DNA from: Camelus ferus
Lineage: Eukaryota
Assembly: GCF_009834535.1 (NCBI RefSeq)
Contig: NC_045696.1
Location: 98,582,001-98,646,000 of the forward strand
DNA length: 64,000 nucleotides
Direction of reading: 5' to 3'
The position numbers were made by a program, and so were the translations under genes. The notes beneath the pieces were generated by a model. It worked only from the letters and a program-made list of their open reading frames with translations, had not been told where the DNA came from and ran no database searches. How positions within the stretch are numbered: position 1 is the stretch's first letter; each line of letters starts with the position of its first letter. Of the stretch, positions 39,491-52,396 are shown in pieces.

Positions 39491-39955
39491 GTGAGATGGG
39501 CTGAAGTTAATCTTTCCAATGGCTGTAGAAAATATTTGTTACTGTGTCTGTTATAAATTGCTATATACTTACATATATATTATAAATATACAAATTGTTC
39601 TACATTATTAAAATATTTATTTAACATTGTTAACTAAAGCATAAAGATTACAAGGGCAATGTTTATCTACTTAGGTGAACAAACTGTTTTCAAAGCACTT
39701 TACCAGCAGTCAGTTGCACACAAACACCTAGTGTGTTAATTACGATTAGTAATTGTGTACTCATTCTATGAACTCTTTCTCTTAGAAGAACTATAAGTAA
39801 TCCTAATTTAAGTCACTATATGTACTTGAAAATTAAGATGCCAAATTTCATATACATATTTTGTATTAGTTTTTAACTTATGTCCGTTTGCCTTTTCCAC
39901 ATTTAGTCCAATTTAGTGTTTCCTGTATACCCTGAAATTAGAATAGAATGTATCT

Positions 39956-39957
<2 letters not shown>

Positions 39958-40004
<47 letters not shown>

Positions 40005-40009
40005 ACACA
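39958..40009. repeat. (CA)n microsatellite
   Basis: Long AC run; explains the HTHTHT ORF. Confidence 0.97.
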
Positions 40010-40253
40010 TGCCAGGGCCAGAGTGACACTAATTATTTTTCTTCAATTCCAAGTAAATCATATTCTCCTTAGGATTTATGGAATCACCTTCCTAATCCAT
40101 GCTGTTAAACATGAATTAACTTCCTCTGATATTACAGAGAATGCCTAATTATTTAATTATCTCCGGTTATGTGAATAAAGCTTTGGTGAATTCCCTTTCT
40201 AGCATCATCATGTCTTCCTTAGGGCTAAGCCTCATTTGAATGTACAACAAGTT

Positions 40254-40295
40254 CACACAAACACACCCACACACACACACTCACACACACACACA
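40254..40295. repeat. Imperfect (CA)n microsatellite
   Basis: Directly visible. Confidence 0.9.
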
Positions 40296-41216
40296 TCATA
40301 GTGATAGAACTTTACAAAGCAATTTTAATTAAAACGATTGAGAATATGTTGTTGTTGTATTTTAAAATCATCTTCCTCCAAGAATGATATAAAACGGTGA
40401 TGGGTATTCTCCTTTGGGAGACTCAGCAAATGTTAGCTTTCAGTCATTTTCCTAAGACCATGCAAGAGTTCATCTCTAGTCCCTGGTCGGGCTCTTGTGG
40501 GAATAGAAATACCGCGCTCTTGGCTTGACATCAGTGCCATTTCCAAATGTTACCATGGTGATCACCTATGCAGCAACTAACCCTTCTCACAACAGCTCAA
40601 TTTGAGATTCAAGTTTCACGTTTCCATGATTATGGGAGGGTAATTATTTCATTACTCAAGGGAAGAAGATTTAGGAGGTAAATAGCTCTTCATTAAATCT
40701 TAAATGACTCTAGTCTTTTTAGGCCACAGAAATGCCAAATATTAAAGTGATGAAATTCAAAAGAGTAAAACATGACTGGGAATTGAAAAAAATTTCAGTT
40801 TTTGTGTAGTAGAACCATAAATATTTTTTCTCTAGTGAAAACACCCTGCATGAAGTACAAGTATATTGCGTCAATAATTCATGATTTAAAATAATTTCCA
40901 TGTAAAATAAATGCTTGGAAATGTTTGTGTATATACTTGAATAGAAATGCCTATAAAAAGAGAGGAATTTTATGAACTGACCTGGCTTGGGAGGAGGTAC
41001 TGCCATTTTTTATAAGGCATCCTTTTTTCTCTCTGTCTAAATAAGAACTTCATTGTCAAAGAAAGGACTCTTATTCTACAGCTTATCCTTTTACAAAGAA
41101 TTATTGTTGCTTTCATTTACTGTTGATACTTAAAGATCATGCAGTTGAAAATAAATATTAATGTGCAATATTTTCAAAGTATACTTGCTTTTATGAAATG
41201 TCATAGGATAGCTGTG

Positions 41217-41268
41217 AATTAAATTAAATTAAATTAAATTAAATTAAATTAAATTAAATTAAATTAAA
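41217..41268. repeat. (AAATT)n pentanucleotide microsatellite, ~10 units
   Basis: Nine perfect aaatt units at 41221-41265 plus partial flanks. Confidence 0.97.
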
Positions 41269-41287
41269 GATACCTGGAGCATATCTT

Positions 41288-41380
41288 TTTTTTTTTTTTA
41301 ATGCATGTACTGGGGATTGAACCCAGGACCTCATGCATGCTAAGCATGCAGCTCTGCCACTGAGCTATACCCTCCCACCC
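41288..41380 (-). mobile_element. Young tRNA-derived SINE (camelid Vic-1-like)
   Basis: Minus strand GGGTGGGAGGGTATAGCTCAGTGG...GGTTCAATCCCCAGTAC + poly(A); Pol III A and B boxes; perfect 15-bp TSD cctggagcatatctt (41273-41287 / 41381-41395). Confidence 0.93.
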
Positions 41381-42937
41381 CCTGGAGCATATCTTAAATA
41401 TAAAAATAAGTGGCTGTTTATGCTGTGCTGCCCAACTGCAGTACAAGAGGGAGCAGCGAGACAACTGTCCAAACTGCAGCTCTCCTGAAAAAGACTTTGA
41501 CATGCTATAAAGTTTTTAGGCCAAAATGTTTGGATGTCTACTACAAGGCAAACATTTCTAACCACACAATGTTCTTTCTAAGATTTTTTTTCCCTTTTTA
41601 CTGTCGCCTTTTTCCTATGTTGCCTCTGAGAAAAAAAAAAAAAAAAAAAAAAAAAGCCTTTTAAAGATTTAAAAGAGAAATAAGGATTCAGGGAAGGTTA
41701 ACTCCTGTATGTGACAGAGGGTGTGCAGTTCAAGCTTAGTGACTTAATTTTGACCTATCTGAGAGCCTGTAGCCGTGTGAGGCACGGACTTTGAGAGGGC
41801 AAGAAAGGATTCAGTCATAATCGTTTTCCCAGAGGAAAGACAACCTGTTTTGAGCTCGTTTCCCCTCTCTCTTGGTCTTTAATATTTCCCAGTGCTGCAT
41901 TAATTTACCTCTAATGGTGGCAGGTTTTTTTTCTTTCTTTCTTTTTCTTTTCTTTTTTTTTTTAGTTTAGTGGAAGGAAAATTAGTCAGAATTGATTGTT
42001 AGGAGGCTCGCTGATTGAGTAATTAATTAATTGAAAATGACTCATTCATAAACCTCTGGAGAGGCGGGATGGGAGGGTTAAGAGGTTCAGAGCGACTGCA
42101 GTCATCAGCGCCTCTTTGCTGCTTATTTTTATGGAATCCATTAAAAACTCATCTAAGGTATTCTAGTTTGTACACCTCTCAAAACATAGAGACTGGCAGA
42201 TGGACAGGCACAAACAATAACTGTCCACTCTCAGCAAAATCACGGAAACATCCAAAGGACATGAGGTTTTTAAAATTTCAATTCAGAGTCCTCCTGCAGT
42301 TTGCAGACCACCAAGGGGGATCGCAGATCAGCACAAAATAGGCAACAACTGAAACAGAACCTGTCCTGCTGAAGTGACTGTTCTAATGTTCCTGCTCCCT
42401 TGTCTCCACCTGGAATTTCTCGTGGGCCCCACGCTTCTCACTGAACTCACCTCTGTGTCACTCACCCTCCCGTCCTCCACCTGTTTCCCCATTTCCAGGG
42501 TCCTATTGAAGAGACATTCAAAGTCCCAATCTCTTTTTACACAGAATCATTTAGACACTTTTGATCCAAATGCTGCATGTCTGTGTGAGAGAGTTTAGAG
42601 GGTGGGAACTTGCTCTTTATAACAGAAAGATCCCATGAAGTTGTTTATTTTCAAACAAAAGCTATTCTTCTTTCTCCCATGCTTTATTGGTGGCAGGCAG
42701 GTCAGACCACAGCCAACTTTTAAAATAATATGTTTTCTCTACTCTAAATTCGCTATCTGTAAATTTTGGTTAAAAACATTGATTGCCAGTATATCAAATC
42801 ATCACCATATACACTTTACATATCTTACAATTTTGTCATTTATTCCTCGATAAAGCAAAATTTTTCAGTAATTGTGTTGCCATTTCTCCGAATTGCAATA
42901 AATCTGCAAGGGCACATGCAGTGTCTGAGTGTTAGAA

Positions 42938-43515
42938 ATAAAACATGCACCCCAATGTTCACAGCAGCACTACTTACAATAGCCAAGACGTGGAAACAAC
43001 CTAAATGCCCATCAACATGACTGGATAAAGAAGATATGGCATATATATGTATAGATAACACAATGGAATATTACTCAGCCATAAAAAACAATGAAATAAT
43101 GCCATTTGCAGCAACATGGATGGGCCTAGAGATTATTGTATTAAATAAAGTCAGTCAGACAGAGAAGGACAAATATCATATGATGTTGCTTATATGTCAC
43201 TTAAAAAAAAAAGATATAAATTTTATTTACAAACCAGAAATTGACTCACGGCCATAGAAAACAAACTGTGGTTACCAGGGGGGAAAGGGAGTAGGGAGGG
43301 ATAGATTAGGAGTTTGGGATTAACAGATACACATTGCTATGTATAAAATAGATAAACAACAAGGACCTACTGTATAGTACAGGGAACTATATTCAATTTC
43401 TTGTAATGAGCCATACTGGAAAAGAAATTGAAAATATATGCATATATATGTATAACTGAATTGCTTGGCTGTACACCTGAAACTAACATTGGAAATCAAC
43501 TACACTTCAATAAAA
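42938..43515 (+). mobile_element. L1 3' end (cetartiodactyl/camelid-type)
   Basis: ORFs give TCTPMFTAALLTIAKTWKQPKCPST and MEYYSAIKNNEIMPFAATWMGLE; ends atcaactacacttcaataaaa. Confidence 0.93.
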
Positions 43516-43619
43516 TATGAGTTTAAAAATCTATATATAAATGGATAAGGGGCTCCTGGATAAATCCCCCTAGTGGCTGCCACTCTCTGAGCTCCTTACT
43601 TCAAGGTCTTCCCAAGGTG

Positions 43620-43930
43620 CATTAGTGGGATAAGCTACATTGTGTTCCAGTGTTAAATAATCTTGGTGGCTTAACACAGCAAAATTTATTTTCCACTAAG
43701 GCAAAAATGTATGTCTCTGTGAGTCTGGGTAACACTTTGGGACAACCATACTCCTGTGGCAGGGGGAAAGAGGGTAGAAAACTGGGCAGAGGCTTTTTAT
43801 GGGCTTAGCCAGAAAGTCCGTGTGTCATTTCCAGCTCACATACGGTACAGAATGACTAGCTTCAGGTCCCGCCTAACAGCTGTGGGCTGGGGCCCAAGAA
43901 GGAAACTGGAACTGATATTGGGAAGTCCTA
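43620..43930 (-). mobile_element. Old MaLR LTR remnant
   Basis: ggtggcttaacacagcaaaatttattt, gccagaaagt...gtcatttccagctcaca. Confidence 0.6.
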
Positions 43931-44952
43931 GATGAAGATCTGGAAAAAGGGAGGAGATTGTAGAAGGAAGTGGAGAAATCCTAAGCCACAGAAAGGCACT
44001 TCTTCGTTCTCGTAAGCTCTCACTGGACATTTTACTATGATGTGCTTCTGTAGGACGCAGCCTGGAATGAGATGGAAAAGGGTTTCTTGAGGAAGAGAAG
44101 GCAGCTGTGCATATCCAGGTCCACAGCTTGCGGAGGAAAGGGAAGAGGGATATGGTAGTGGTTTGATGGATACCAAAATGTCACACTTTGAAGTTAGAAA
44201 AAAAAAACTACCAAATAACATAGTGCCTACCAAATAAAGCGCTTTGAGAGGAGACCCAGCACTATTCATTCAGTTAGTGTGGATTAATGGCCACTATCAT
44301 GTCTCCTGAGCAGAAGGATTTACTAAAATAACCTCTTAGTTGCATTCTGTGCTAACAACTCTACCAACCACCCTAATTAATTGCCCCCAAACTGTTAATA
44401 ACCATGTCATCATAGACCATCATGTAAATGAGCTTTAAAAAGTAAAATCTGAAGAGCAATCTTGCCATTCATTTATCTGAACTAATTATAATGTAGGAAT
44501 AATTCTCACAGCAGGTGAAAACCGAGAAAAAGCATGCTTTTGCAGGAAAACAAAACATTTTAGATCTGACATCAAAATTTTGGAAGAAACAAAGAGCTTC
44601 CTTCTTTGCAAGGCAGAGTATTTTAAGTCTGTTATTTTTGTTACGATCACATTTTTAATCAAGTATTTGTAAAAATTCAAAAAGATACAGAAGATTGAGC
44701 TAGGTTTTTTATTTAATGGTGATGAAATGTATCCCATTCTCATTTAATTTTAATGAAGAAATCATTTCCAGTATCAACAAGGCAAAGAAGGTGTTACACT
44801 TGAGAATCGATAGATATTAATAAATTGATTGGTTGCTTTGTTTTAGAGCCAGTATAATTCATAGCTACAAAACATAGAATATATCATTTCTTAGGGAGGA
44901 GCCTAGTGTAGAGAAAAGTAATCCATAGAGGTTCACATCCTAATGTATACTT

Positions 44953-45157
44953 AAATTTTTTTTTAATTTTTATAATTTTAAAGGTTATTTTCTATTTACA
45001 ATTATTACAAAATATTGGCTATATGCCCTATGTTGTACAATACATCTGTGAGCCTATTTCACACCCAGTAGCTTGACCTCCCACTCCCCACCCCCATGTT
45101 GCCCTTCCCACCTCCCCCCTGGTAACCAGTGGCCTGTCCTCTATGTCTGCGAGTCTC
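44953..45157 (-). mobile_element. 5'-truncated L1 3' end
   Basis: T-tract, aatattggctatatgccctatgttgtacaatacatc, ctggtaacca; decayed TSD taatgtatactt (44941-44952) / tgatgcacactt (45158-45169). Confidence 0.85.
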
Positions 45158-47534
45158 TGATGCACACTTTTCAGCCATGTGAGTTTGGGTTTGCTGCTTG
45201 TTACTTTATGGAGCCACAAGATGCAGAATCCATGTAAAGACAAGCTATTACGGTATGTCATGGGCCAATGTTTGTTCTTGATATATGATATTTATTGTAG
45301 CTACCACTTTTTGTTTTCCATGGACTATTTTACTTTTTCACCCTTGTAACTTTGATAATTCAAATTTTCTTGAGTTTTATTACTTTGCTTTTGAGGGAAA
45401 ATACTGATTTATAAACCAGTATGTCCTATTTCATTAAAAAGTGTTCAAAACTGTTTTGAAGGGACAGTATTTGGAAACTTTTAAGAATAGTCTCCATGAG
45501 AAAAAAAAAAAAGCCTTAAAACTCTTTTTAGAAGCAGGTGGTAGTTTTAAAGTCTGTGTCTTGTGAAATCAATTTTTAAAAAAATTAAGTTGGGCATGTG
45601 TGAGAAGAGCTGCAGAGCCAGCCTGGATGGAAGAAAAGCTCTGTGCTTTGAGAACTTAGTTATCCATGGGAGTATATCTAAAAGAAAGTGATTAAAGTTA
45701 GGTAGAAAAGGAAGACTCTCGTGACCTTCCTGGGCATTGCCCATTTTGACCTGGAGTAGATAGGGTAGAGCAGCATGAGGAACCCTAAGCCAGAGAAAGA
45801 CTTTTCTTCATTTTTAATAAAATATCAATGGAGATTTACTGTGATAGGTTTCTGTAGGGTTTTGCCTTCATTTTGATCCTAACAAATCAACAAACTGGGG
45901 CCTTGGCATGAGCTTACTACTAACCTCACCCATCTCAACCTCATGTTCTGTAAAGTGTTAATATCTTTCATTAAGAAAAATTATCCAAAACTTGCAAATA
46001 AAGCAGAGGATGACTGAATGACTTTGCATTGCCACTGTTTGTGATGCCCACAAAGTTGTAGGTTATTGTGCGCAGTAATGTTAATCCCATTCTCTCAAGG
46101 CCAGTTCTTGGAATTGTGCTAGCCATATGCTCCGTTCCGCTCAAGACGGACAGAGCAGCCTAAGTCCTGGCTGCAGTCTGGTCACCGTGCAGTTAGCCTT
46201 TTCCCTCTGGCGGCAGGTACGGCATCTGTAAAACGACTCAGGAACGTGCTTCAGACAGGAAAGATTCTGTGGCTCTATTGTCCTAGTCACAGACCGCTTG
46301 AGTCTGCTCGTTTGTGACTCCAGGTGGAGGGGGGCAGGGGACATGGAGGGGCCTTTGAACTTGGGGGTGGTGGAGGGTGTGCAGGATTCTGGTTGGTTTC
46401 AGGACCATCCCTTTAACTTGTCTGGTTTTACATTTCTTCATGTGTAAAATTAGAGAGTTGTAATAGAATGAATGTTTTCTCTTCATATAATTTGAAGTGG
46501 GAAAATAAAAACAGGAACAAACTTTTTCATCAGTTTTTGTATTGCCTCACTTCTGAGTACTGTTTTCCAGAAGAGCAGCTAAAACAGCATCTTTTGTGTC
46601 CTCATTTTATTATTTATCAGTGAATTCTCCCTGAAGGAGGCAATCAACACCGGATTGTTAGGGTCACTTTAATCAGAGCTGTAATGGTTTACTTTACTCT
46701 CAGAAGTTGATATTTACTCTCTATATAATGAGGAGGCAAGAAGTGATAAAAATGGTCAGCTATAAGAATTAAGCATTTATATCCAAACAGAGGGAAAAAT
46801 CTTTATCTTAATTAGATATTCCTCTCAAGTACAAAGGAAAGGTAAGTTAGTGTCTCCATTACAATAGAAGCAACTCCAGGGGAAGTGGTGTAAAAGCGTA
46901 CTAGTTGACCCAAAGAGCGAATGCGGGGGTTGGTATTTAACCTGAGGTTGTGTGCATTTCTAGCCTCGGGGCCTGGAAGGCCCTCTCTGAATTTCACTGT
47001 GGTGGTGGCTCTGTAAGGCTTGATTGTCCCGTCAAGTGTGTACTTAGCTTGCTCTCCAGCTCGCCTGCCTCTGCTGATTACTGGCAGCTTGAAATTGTCC
47101 TGAAAGAGAATGAGGGCTCTTGATTAATCCCTGTGCACAGTATCAACATATTATTGATTCATTATCAGCACATCATGTTTCATTTCCTGGCAACGGGGAT
47201 GGATTGAAGGCAAAATGTGACTTCAAAACAGACTCAACCCAATGAACATCCAAATTGGGTAACTAATGTTCTTTTCTGGGTGAAGGTCCTTCCACTACAT
47301 AAAACACTGAAAATATTTCTTTTGCCTAGAGAAGAACTGGAGGGTTTAACAGCTCGAGTTTAACAACTATAAAGTAATCTGGCTTATCTTGTTATTTATG
47401 TGTTTAGTGATAAAAGCAGTAGATAAACAAGTCCTTTAGAATGGAGTTCATTGGATATTAAACACTTTATTATACAGCTTTCATTTATATCCTTGTTAAA
47501 TACATAGCTTTAAAGAGACACGTAAACATTGATT

Positions 47535-48470
47535 GAATTACTCATCATTCATTTATTTATGTAACAGTCCATTTACTGAGAACTACTATATTCTATGCTA
47601 GGCACTGGGAATACAAAGTCGAGTAAGTCATGGTTAGAGTCAGAGTTCATAAAGAGAAGAGATAGATAGGTATATAAAACACATATTTTTAGTAACAGAA
47701 ATATATACAAGGTCATGAAGGGGTATTTAACTTTTATGGTGGGATTCTAGCGAAAGCTGTGACTCTGCCAGGGTTTGGGAAATGAATAGGGGTTCTGTAG
47801 GAACAAGAGGATGAAAGAGAACTTGGGGCAGAGGAAACAGTTTGTGCGAGGGAACTACATGTCTCCTGTAGGGTACTGTAGGTAGCTGAGTGTTTCTGAA
47901 GCGTGCATTTCAAAAGGGAAGTGATGAACCATTAGGCTACAAAGGTAGGTAAGCGACAGCTTTTTGAGGGTCTATCTTACATACAAGGCTGGCTAAACTT
48001 TAGTTACTAGGGAATCGGATCTGCATGTTCTAAGATCGCCCTGATACACTTGACTGCTATGTGATTGGAATTAAGTATCCTAGTCACGGTCTATTAAAAG
48101 AGGACAGTTGAGCAAATGCCTTGGCAACAGCAAGAGGGATGAAAAAGGAGAATTCAGTAAATATCTAAGAGATATAATCAGAGGGACTTAGTTTAAACTA
48201 GTTGTTGGGACTTAAATATTTGTTATGGTTGACTCACAAGATTCTGTCTTATGTCTCTACCAACTGAGGGAGGAAAAAGCAGTAGAAGAATGCACGTGTT
48301 GGGGTGGGAACCGGGGGCAGGAGAGGGCGTGGAGAGGATAGTGATTGGTGACGTTTTCACCTGGTTGACTTGACGGGGTGGGGGTCTAGTAGAAAGTCTG
48401 ACATGCAGGCATAGGAATTCAGCTAGGCAGGCAGAAATGATTATTGCAAATACTACTCTAAGTTATAGTA
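47535..48470 (-). mobile_element. L2 remnant
   Basis: tcattcatttatt...atttactgagaactacta...gctaggcactgggaatacaaag; gcagaggaaacag. Confidence 0.75.
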
Positions 48471-48649
48471 GTAAAGGCTCGGCAAAGACAAACGACAACT
48501 CGTTGCAATTACATAGCTTAACTATGTCCTCGGCAGTCTCTTCTTTTTATCAAGATGTGTCGATCATATCTTTATTTAAAAAATAAAACCACAACTATCT
48601 AATCACTGAAGATGAGACCCCTACTAATGTACTTACTATTTCCTACTTT

Positions 48650-49110
48650 TTAAGAAGCTTGCTATTTTGAAATACTTTTAGGGTTTCATAGAAGTTGCAA
48701 AAATAGTACAGAGGATTTCTGTGTGTCTCTTCTCTAGCTTTTATCAATGATATTATCTGAGATAATACTAGAATGATCAAAATAAGGAAAACTGATATTA
48801 CTACAACACTATTAACTAAACTACAGAACTTACTCAGCCTGCACCAGTTTTCACATGCCCATTGGTTTGTTACTGTTGTTGTTTTGTGTGTAGTCCTATG
48901 AAATTTTATCCTGTGTGCAGGTTCATACAACTGCTGCCATAGTCTGGATACAGCATAGTTCTATCATTTCCCAGACTCTCTCCTTATATCAATTTAGAGT
49001 CTCTCTTTCCCCCATTCCGTCTTCTAACAAATGAAATCATATAGTATGTAATCTTTTGAGAATGACATCCTTCACCAAGTTGTTATGAGTATCAGTAGCC
49101 AAACCCTTTT
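48650..49110 (-). mobile_element. L1MC-like 3' UTR fragment
   Basis: gaagttgcaaaaatagtacagag, aactaaactacag...cttactcag...caccagtttt, aatgaaatcatatagtatgtaa. Confidence 0.8.
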
Positions 49111-50394
49111 AATTAAACGTTGAACCCACCTGCAAAATCTGTCTCTGACCTGCAGTTACTTTGCGGTTTTGGGCATTCTAGTTAGCTATGATCAATAAAT
49201 GGTAATGCTTGACTTATCTCTCTAAGATTGAAATTTGACTGTAACATACTCACATGCAAAGATGCCATAAGGGTCACTCCACGGGGCTATCCTTAGTGGT
49301 ACTGGTGGAATGCCTCACCTGGAGTTACAAAGAAGCCAAAATAGGGGATGGGTGGAGCCAGTTCTCAGAATGGAGATATCTTGGCGACGGTGATAGATCA
49401 GGACATGAGTTTCCCATGACTACATGAGGCGAGGGTTGCTTCCTGGCTCAAGCCCACCCAAATGATAGGAACTGAGTTGCAGAGCCTGGCAAGAAAGCAT
49501 ATACATGTGACAGGGCATCTGGCCAGGTGGACTGAGATTAGAGCATCGCTGGTGCTTCTGTAAGTTCTGGTCTTTCCTGAGGAACCGCAGGTGCCTGTGG
49601 ACAGTATCTATACTTGGCCTGCAGGACGCAGTTTCCTTTTGCGAGTGTAAATAAACACTTGATCCTGCAACTGTGCGGCAAATGCTTCGGCAACTGCCAG
49701 AAGTGCTGGGCGAGGTTTCTGGCTGCCAGGCCATGTGGCTCTCAGACTAAATGCAGGAGCACAGACTCCCATAGAGAGAGAGGCCCTATGTTCCATTTGC
49801 AGGGCTGCCTATGAAGTTGAATGACAGGCTCTCTGTACTTCTGTTTTTTGCTGCCTTTTAAACCTCTTAAATCCAGGGCTTGAAAGCTTCTACTTTGGAT
49901 TAGCCATCCAAAACATGGTATTGATCCACAGAGTGATCAAAAGCACGGTGAACGGCTAGAAGCTTACAATGCATGCAAACTGTTGGTGGAGAATATTATA
50001 TAGGTGGCTTCTGAAATAAATGAGTGGAGGTGAGGCTGTATCGGAGCTGTGATTGCCTCTCATTTTCTCATTGTGATCCCAAGTATCGGGTTCTGCAAGT
50101 GAAGGCTGACATTAAGACTAGAGGAGTTGCCTGATGGGGGACGCTGAACATCTACAACTTTGTAAGCTGAGGATGTACGTAGACATGGAGAGGAGGTACA
50201 TAGGATAAAACACATGTTCGCACATCCAACAGCCACAAGAGATGAAAAACCTATTCCAGAATTTGCATTATTTGTGAGCTACTCACTGGGAGTTACCAAG
50301 TAATTATTATCATTTATCATCATTGTATACCTTCTGCCAGAAAAGTGCCAAGGAGAAGCTCAGTAAGTATGTGTTGAATAGAATAAAGGCTTCT

Positions 50395-50610
50395 TGATGT
50401 CTTAAGACTGGGCCAGGCGGCCCTGTAGGTCTGTGTTGCCACTTTAGAACAGTGATTACATTCCACTGTACTGGCCCCTAATCTGTTTCCCCAGACTGTA
50501 GGCAACTTGAAGGCAGGGACTGTGCTGTGTCCACTGATCAAGTTCCCCTGAGGCAGCCACAGTGCCTGGTACGTGGTAGGCAGTCCATAAATGCCGGTTG
50601 GCTTGACTGA
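50395..50610 (+). mobile_element. L2 3' tail fragment
   Basis: ccagactgt...ttgaaggcagggactgtg...cacagtgcctggtacgtggtaggcagtccataaatg. Confidence 0.75.
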
Positions 50611-52334
50611 GGCAGGGCTGGAAAGCACGCGCTGCATCCGCTGAGTCACTCTCTTCAGACCCTTCCCTGCATGTGACACTCCGTAAGATGAAAAATGACT
50701 CATTTAATACACTTATTCATTAATGTACACTTGGTTTTATTCCCCTGCTTCTACTGTTTATAAACTTTGCGATCACTGGCAAGTGAGGACTGCCTCCTAA
50801 GCTGGTTTTCCTCATTTTGATGGGGCTACCAATCCTTGTTCTGCTCACTCAGTTTTGGGGGGGAACAAATTAGGTAATAAAATTAAACAGAATGTGTGTA
50901 TTTTTTTAGAGTAGTGTATAAGGCCTTTATTTACATTTCATTTCAAGTCATTCATTTGTACCTTATTTTCCTCCTATGGATGAAGTTAATGGTTAGGATA
51001 AAAATGTTACTTTTCAACTATTTTCCTATGGCCACAAGCTATAAATTATCTCCTATTTCTAACTATATTACAGCACATAAACTAAAGATATATGTAAATC
51101 AATCTTCAAAATATTGAAATTCTCACAATTATTCAAAGTTCTTGGCTTCCTCAGGTATCTCAGGTCCTGGGTTCTAAGAATAGGTAAACTTCTCAAGGTA
51201 GGAGGGAGGTGGTTGCTTTTTCCGGAGAGCCTGTACCTATTTGCATGCTTGCAGATGACCTGAGAGGTTCAGAATTTGTATTCCCATGACAAACTTGCTA
51301 AAAATAAAAATTTGAAACAATTGACATCTACTAACTACAAGTACACTGCAAAAGAATTCCAGGGGCAGCAGAGATAAAGATAGGAGAATTTGACCTTGAG
51401 CATTTGCTATGTACTGTTTGTCTATAGTGACTGAAAATAAGCAAAAAGACGAAAGCGCATACATCTGGAACACTGAAATGTCAGTTTAGGGCCATTCACA
51501 TGCAGTTCAGAGAAGTGAGCTATTAATCCTATGAGACTTCATCAGAGAAAAGTTTATTTTCCAGAATTTCTGTGATGTAGTCATATGCTTTCACAATGAA
51601 GGAAGTTAACTTAAAGGACAAAATAAGGAAAGACATTTGGGATCGGCCTCACCACAAACTCGCGGAGTCTGGACTCCATTCCACTTGGAGTGGAGAGTCA
51701 CTGAAGAGACACTGTGGAAACATTTTAGTGTGACCAGTCTGGCAACAAAGTCCTCAGCTAACATGAGCTGGAGCCAGCAGATCTGTCACTAGTGATCCAT
51801 CCATGCTACTAGGAGAGTATCAAAATAAGATCCTGATCTAGGTTAAGAGTAGCCAAAAGGAGAGGTGAGTACATGGCTTACCAGGAAGCATCTGTTGCTG
51901 GTTCCAGGACCAGTGGAATGCTTTGAACCTGTGAAAAAGGGGGTTATATGCTTTCCTATTTATGATGTTTCAAAGTGTGTTCAAAGCTATTTTTTTTAAG
52001 TATGTATGTAAAAGTGCTTCTACCAAGAATGAATTTTAGGTGGTCATTTCTATTCTCTTGGAGTCTCCCAGTCCATACATGAGTCCTCGCTTCCACTGAT
52101 GTCTCCAGTGTGTATGCTGAAGCCATCTGACACTCGCTGAGGCCATGTGGACGTGCCTGTCAATGGGGCAGGCTCACCCCTCAGGTTCAGAGGCTGACCT
52201 GGGCTTCAGCCTAGCCATCTGTAGTAATCGAACATGTCAGTTATTCAGTCAAAATACTTGTCTCAAAATGAACCAAACAGAAGTAACGCCACGATTTAAC
52301 AGGAACGTTAGAAAAACCTCGTGAGTAGACTCAG

Positions 52335-52396
52335 ATCACACTTGTAGAATCTCGCTTTTGTAGAATCACACTTTGGTAGATCTCGCTTTTGCAGAA
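52335..52396. repeat. Short dimeric minisatellite (4 units of ~15-16 bp, ABAB)
   Basis: atcacacttgtaga / atctcgcttttgtaga / atcacactttggtag / atctcgcttttgcaga. Confidence 0.85.

Noticed and set aside
41300..41380. tRNA gene
   Set aside because: The poly(A) tail and 15-bp TSD identify it as a tRNA-derived SINE
49200..50300. GC-richer unique stretch with overlapping ORFs as a processed pseudogene
   Set aside because: No recognisable protein in any listed frame, and no poly(A) tail or TSD
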